NCBI GenBank assembly: GCA_964447495.1
Contig: CAYUTF010000013.1
Span: forward strand, 43,202-58,368
Direction: 5' to 3'
Source: an uncultured archaeon
GTDB lineage: Archaea; Asgardarchaeota; Lokiarchaeia; Sigyniarchaeales; SOKP01
Length of the DNA: 15,167 nt
Made by a program: the position numbers and the translations under genes. Below are positions 15,058-15,167 of the stretch, piece after piece (the first letter of the stretch is position 1; each line of letters begins with the position of its first letter). The notes below the pieces were generated by a model. The model worked only from the letters and a program-made list of their open reading frames with translations, had not been told where the DNA came from and did not search any database.

Positions 15058-15167
15058 TTAGAGTTTCTTCTCTCTTAAAGCTTTAATCATCGGCAAGTCT
15101 TTTCCTGATAGAATTTCTAACATTGCGCCTCCTGCAGTGGATATAAAGGAAACTTGGTCTGCTAAAC
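15058..15167 (-). CDS. pgk: Phosphoglycerate kinase, C-terminal end (partial, runs off window)
   Basis: Manual translation [35 protein letters not shown]-stop matches the PGK C-terminal motif [21 protein letters not shown]. Not in the ORF track. Confidence 0.88.
   Translation of the reverse strand, partial: LADQVSFISTAGGAMLEILSGKDLPMIKALREKKL

Noticed and set aside
1-15167. CRISPR array, rRNA or long tandem repeats
   Set aside because: No regularly spaced repeats or long GC-rich structured tracts were seen other than the two tRNAs.

Overview
AT-rich archaeal window, most likely from an Asgard archaeon (Lokiarchaeia-like). This assignment is inferred from the eukaryote-type ESCRT genes, the tRNAs without encoded CCA and a BHB-type tRNA intron. 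The left part carries nip7 and an ESCRT cluster: Vps22/EAP30, Vps25 with an unusual N-terminal extension, Vps4 and a Vps2/24/46-class ESCRT-III. Next is a peroxiredoxin-like gene that the ORF track truncates because it has an in-frame TGA in a UxxC active-site motif, making it a probable selenoprotein; a tightly folded three-way-junction element follows its stop. Then come a PfkB kinase, tRNA-Gly(GCC), a 7TM plus longin-like protein, an ICMT-family methyltransferase, an extended SDR, an orphan fused DppB-DppC permease lacking both EAA loops, a flavodoxin, a Zn-ribbon/DENN-like protein, a membrane protein, tRNA-Val(GAC) with a D-loop intron, two hypotheticals and the 3' end of pgk. No CRISPR array, transposase or integrase was seen. 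All family calls come from motif recognition by eye; no searches were run.
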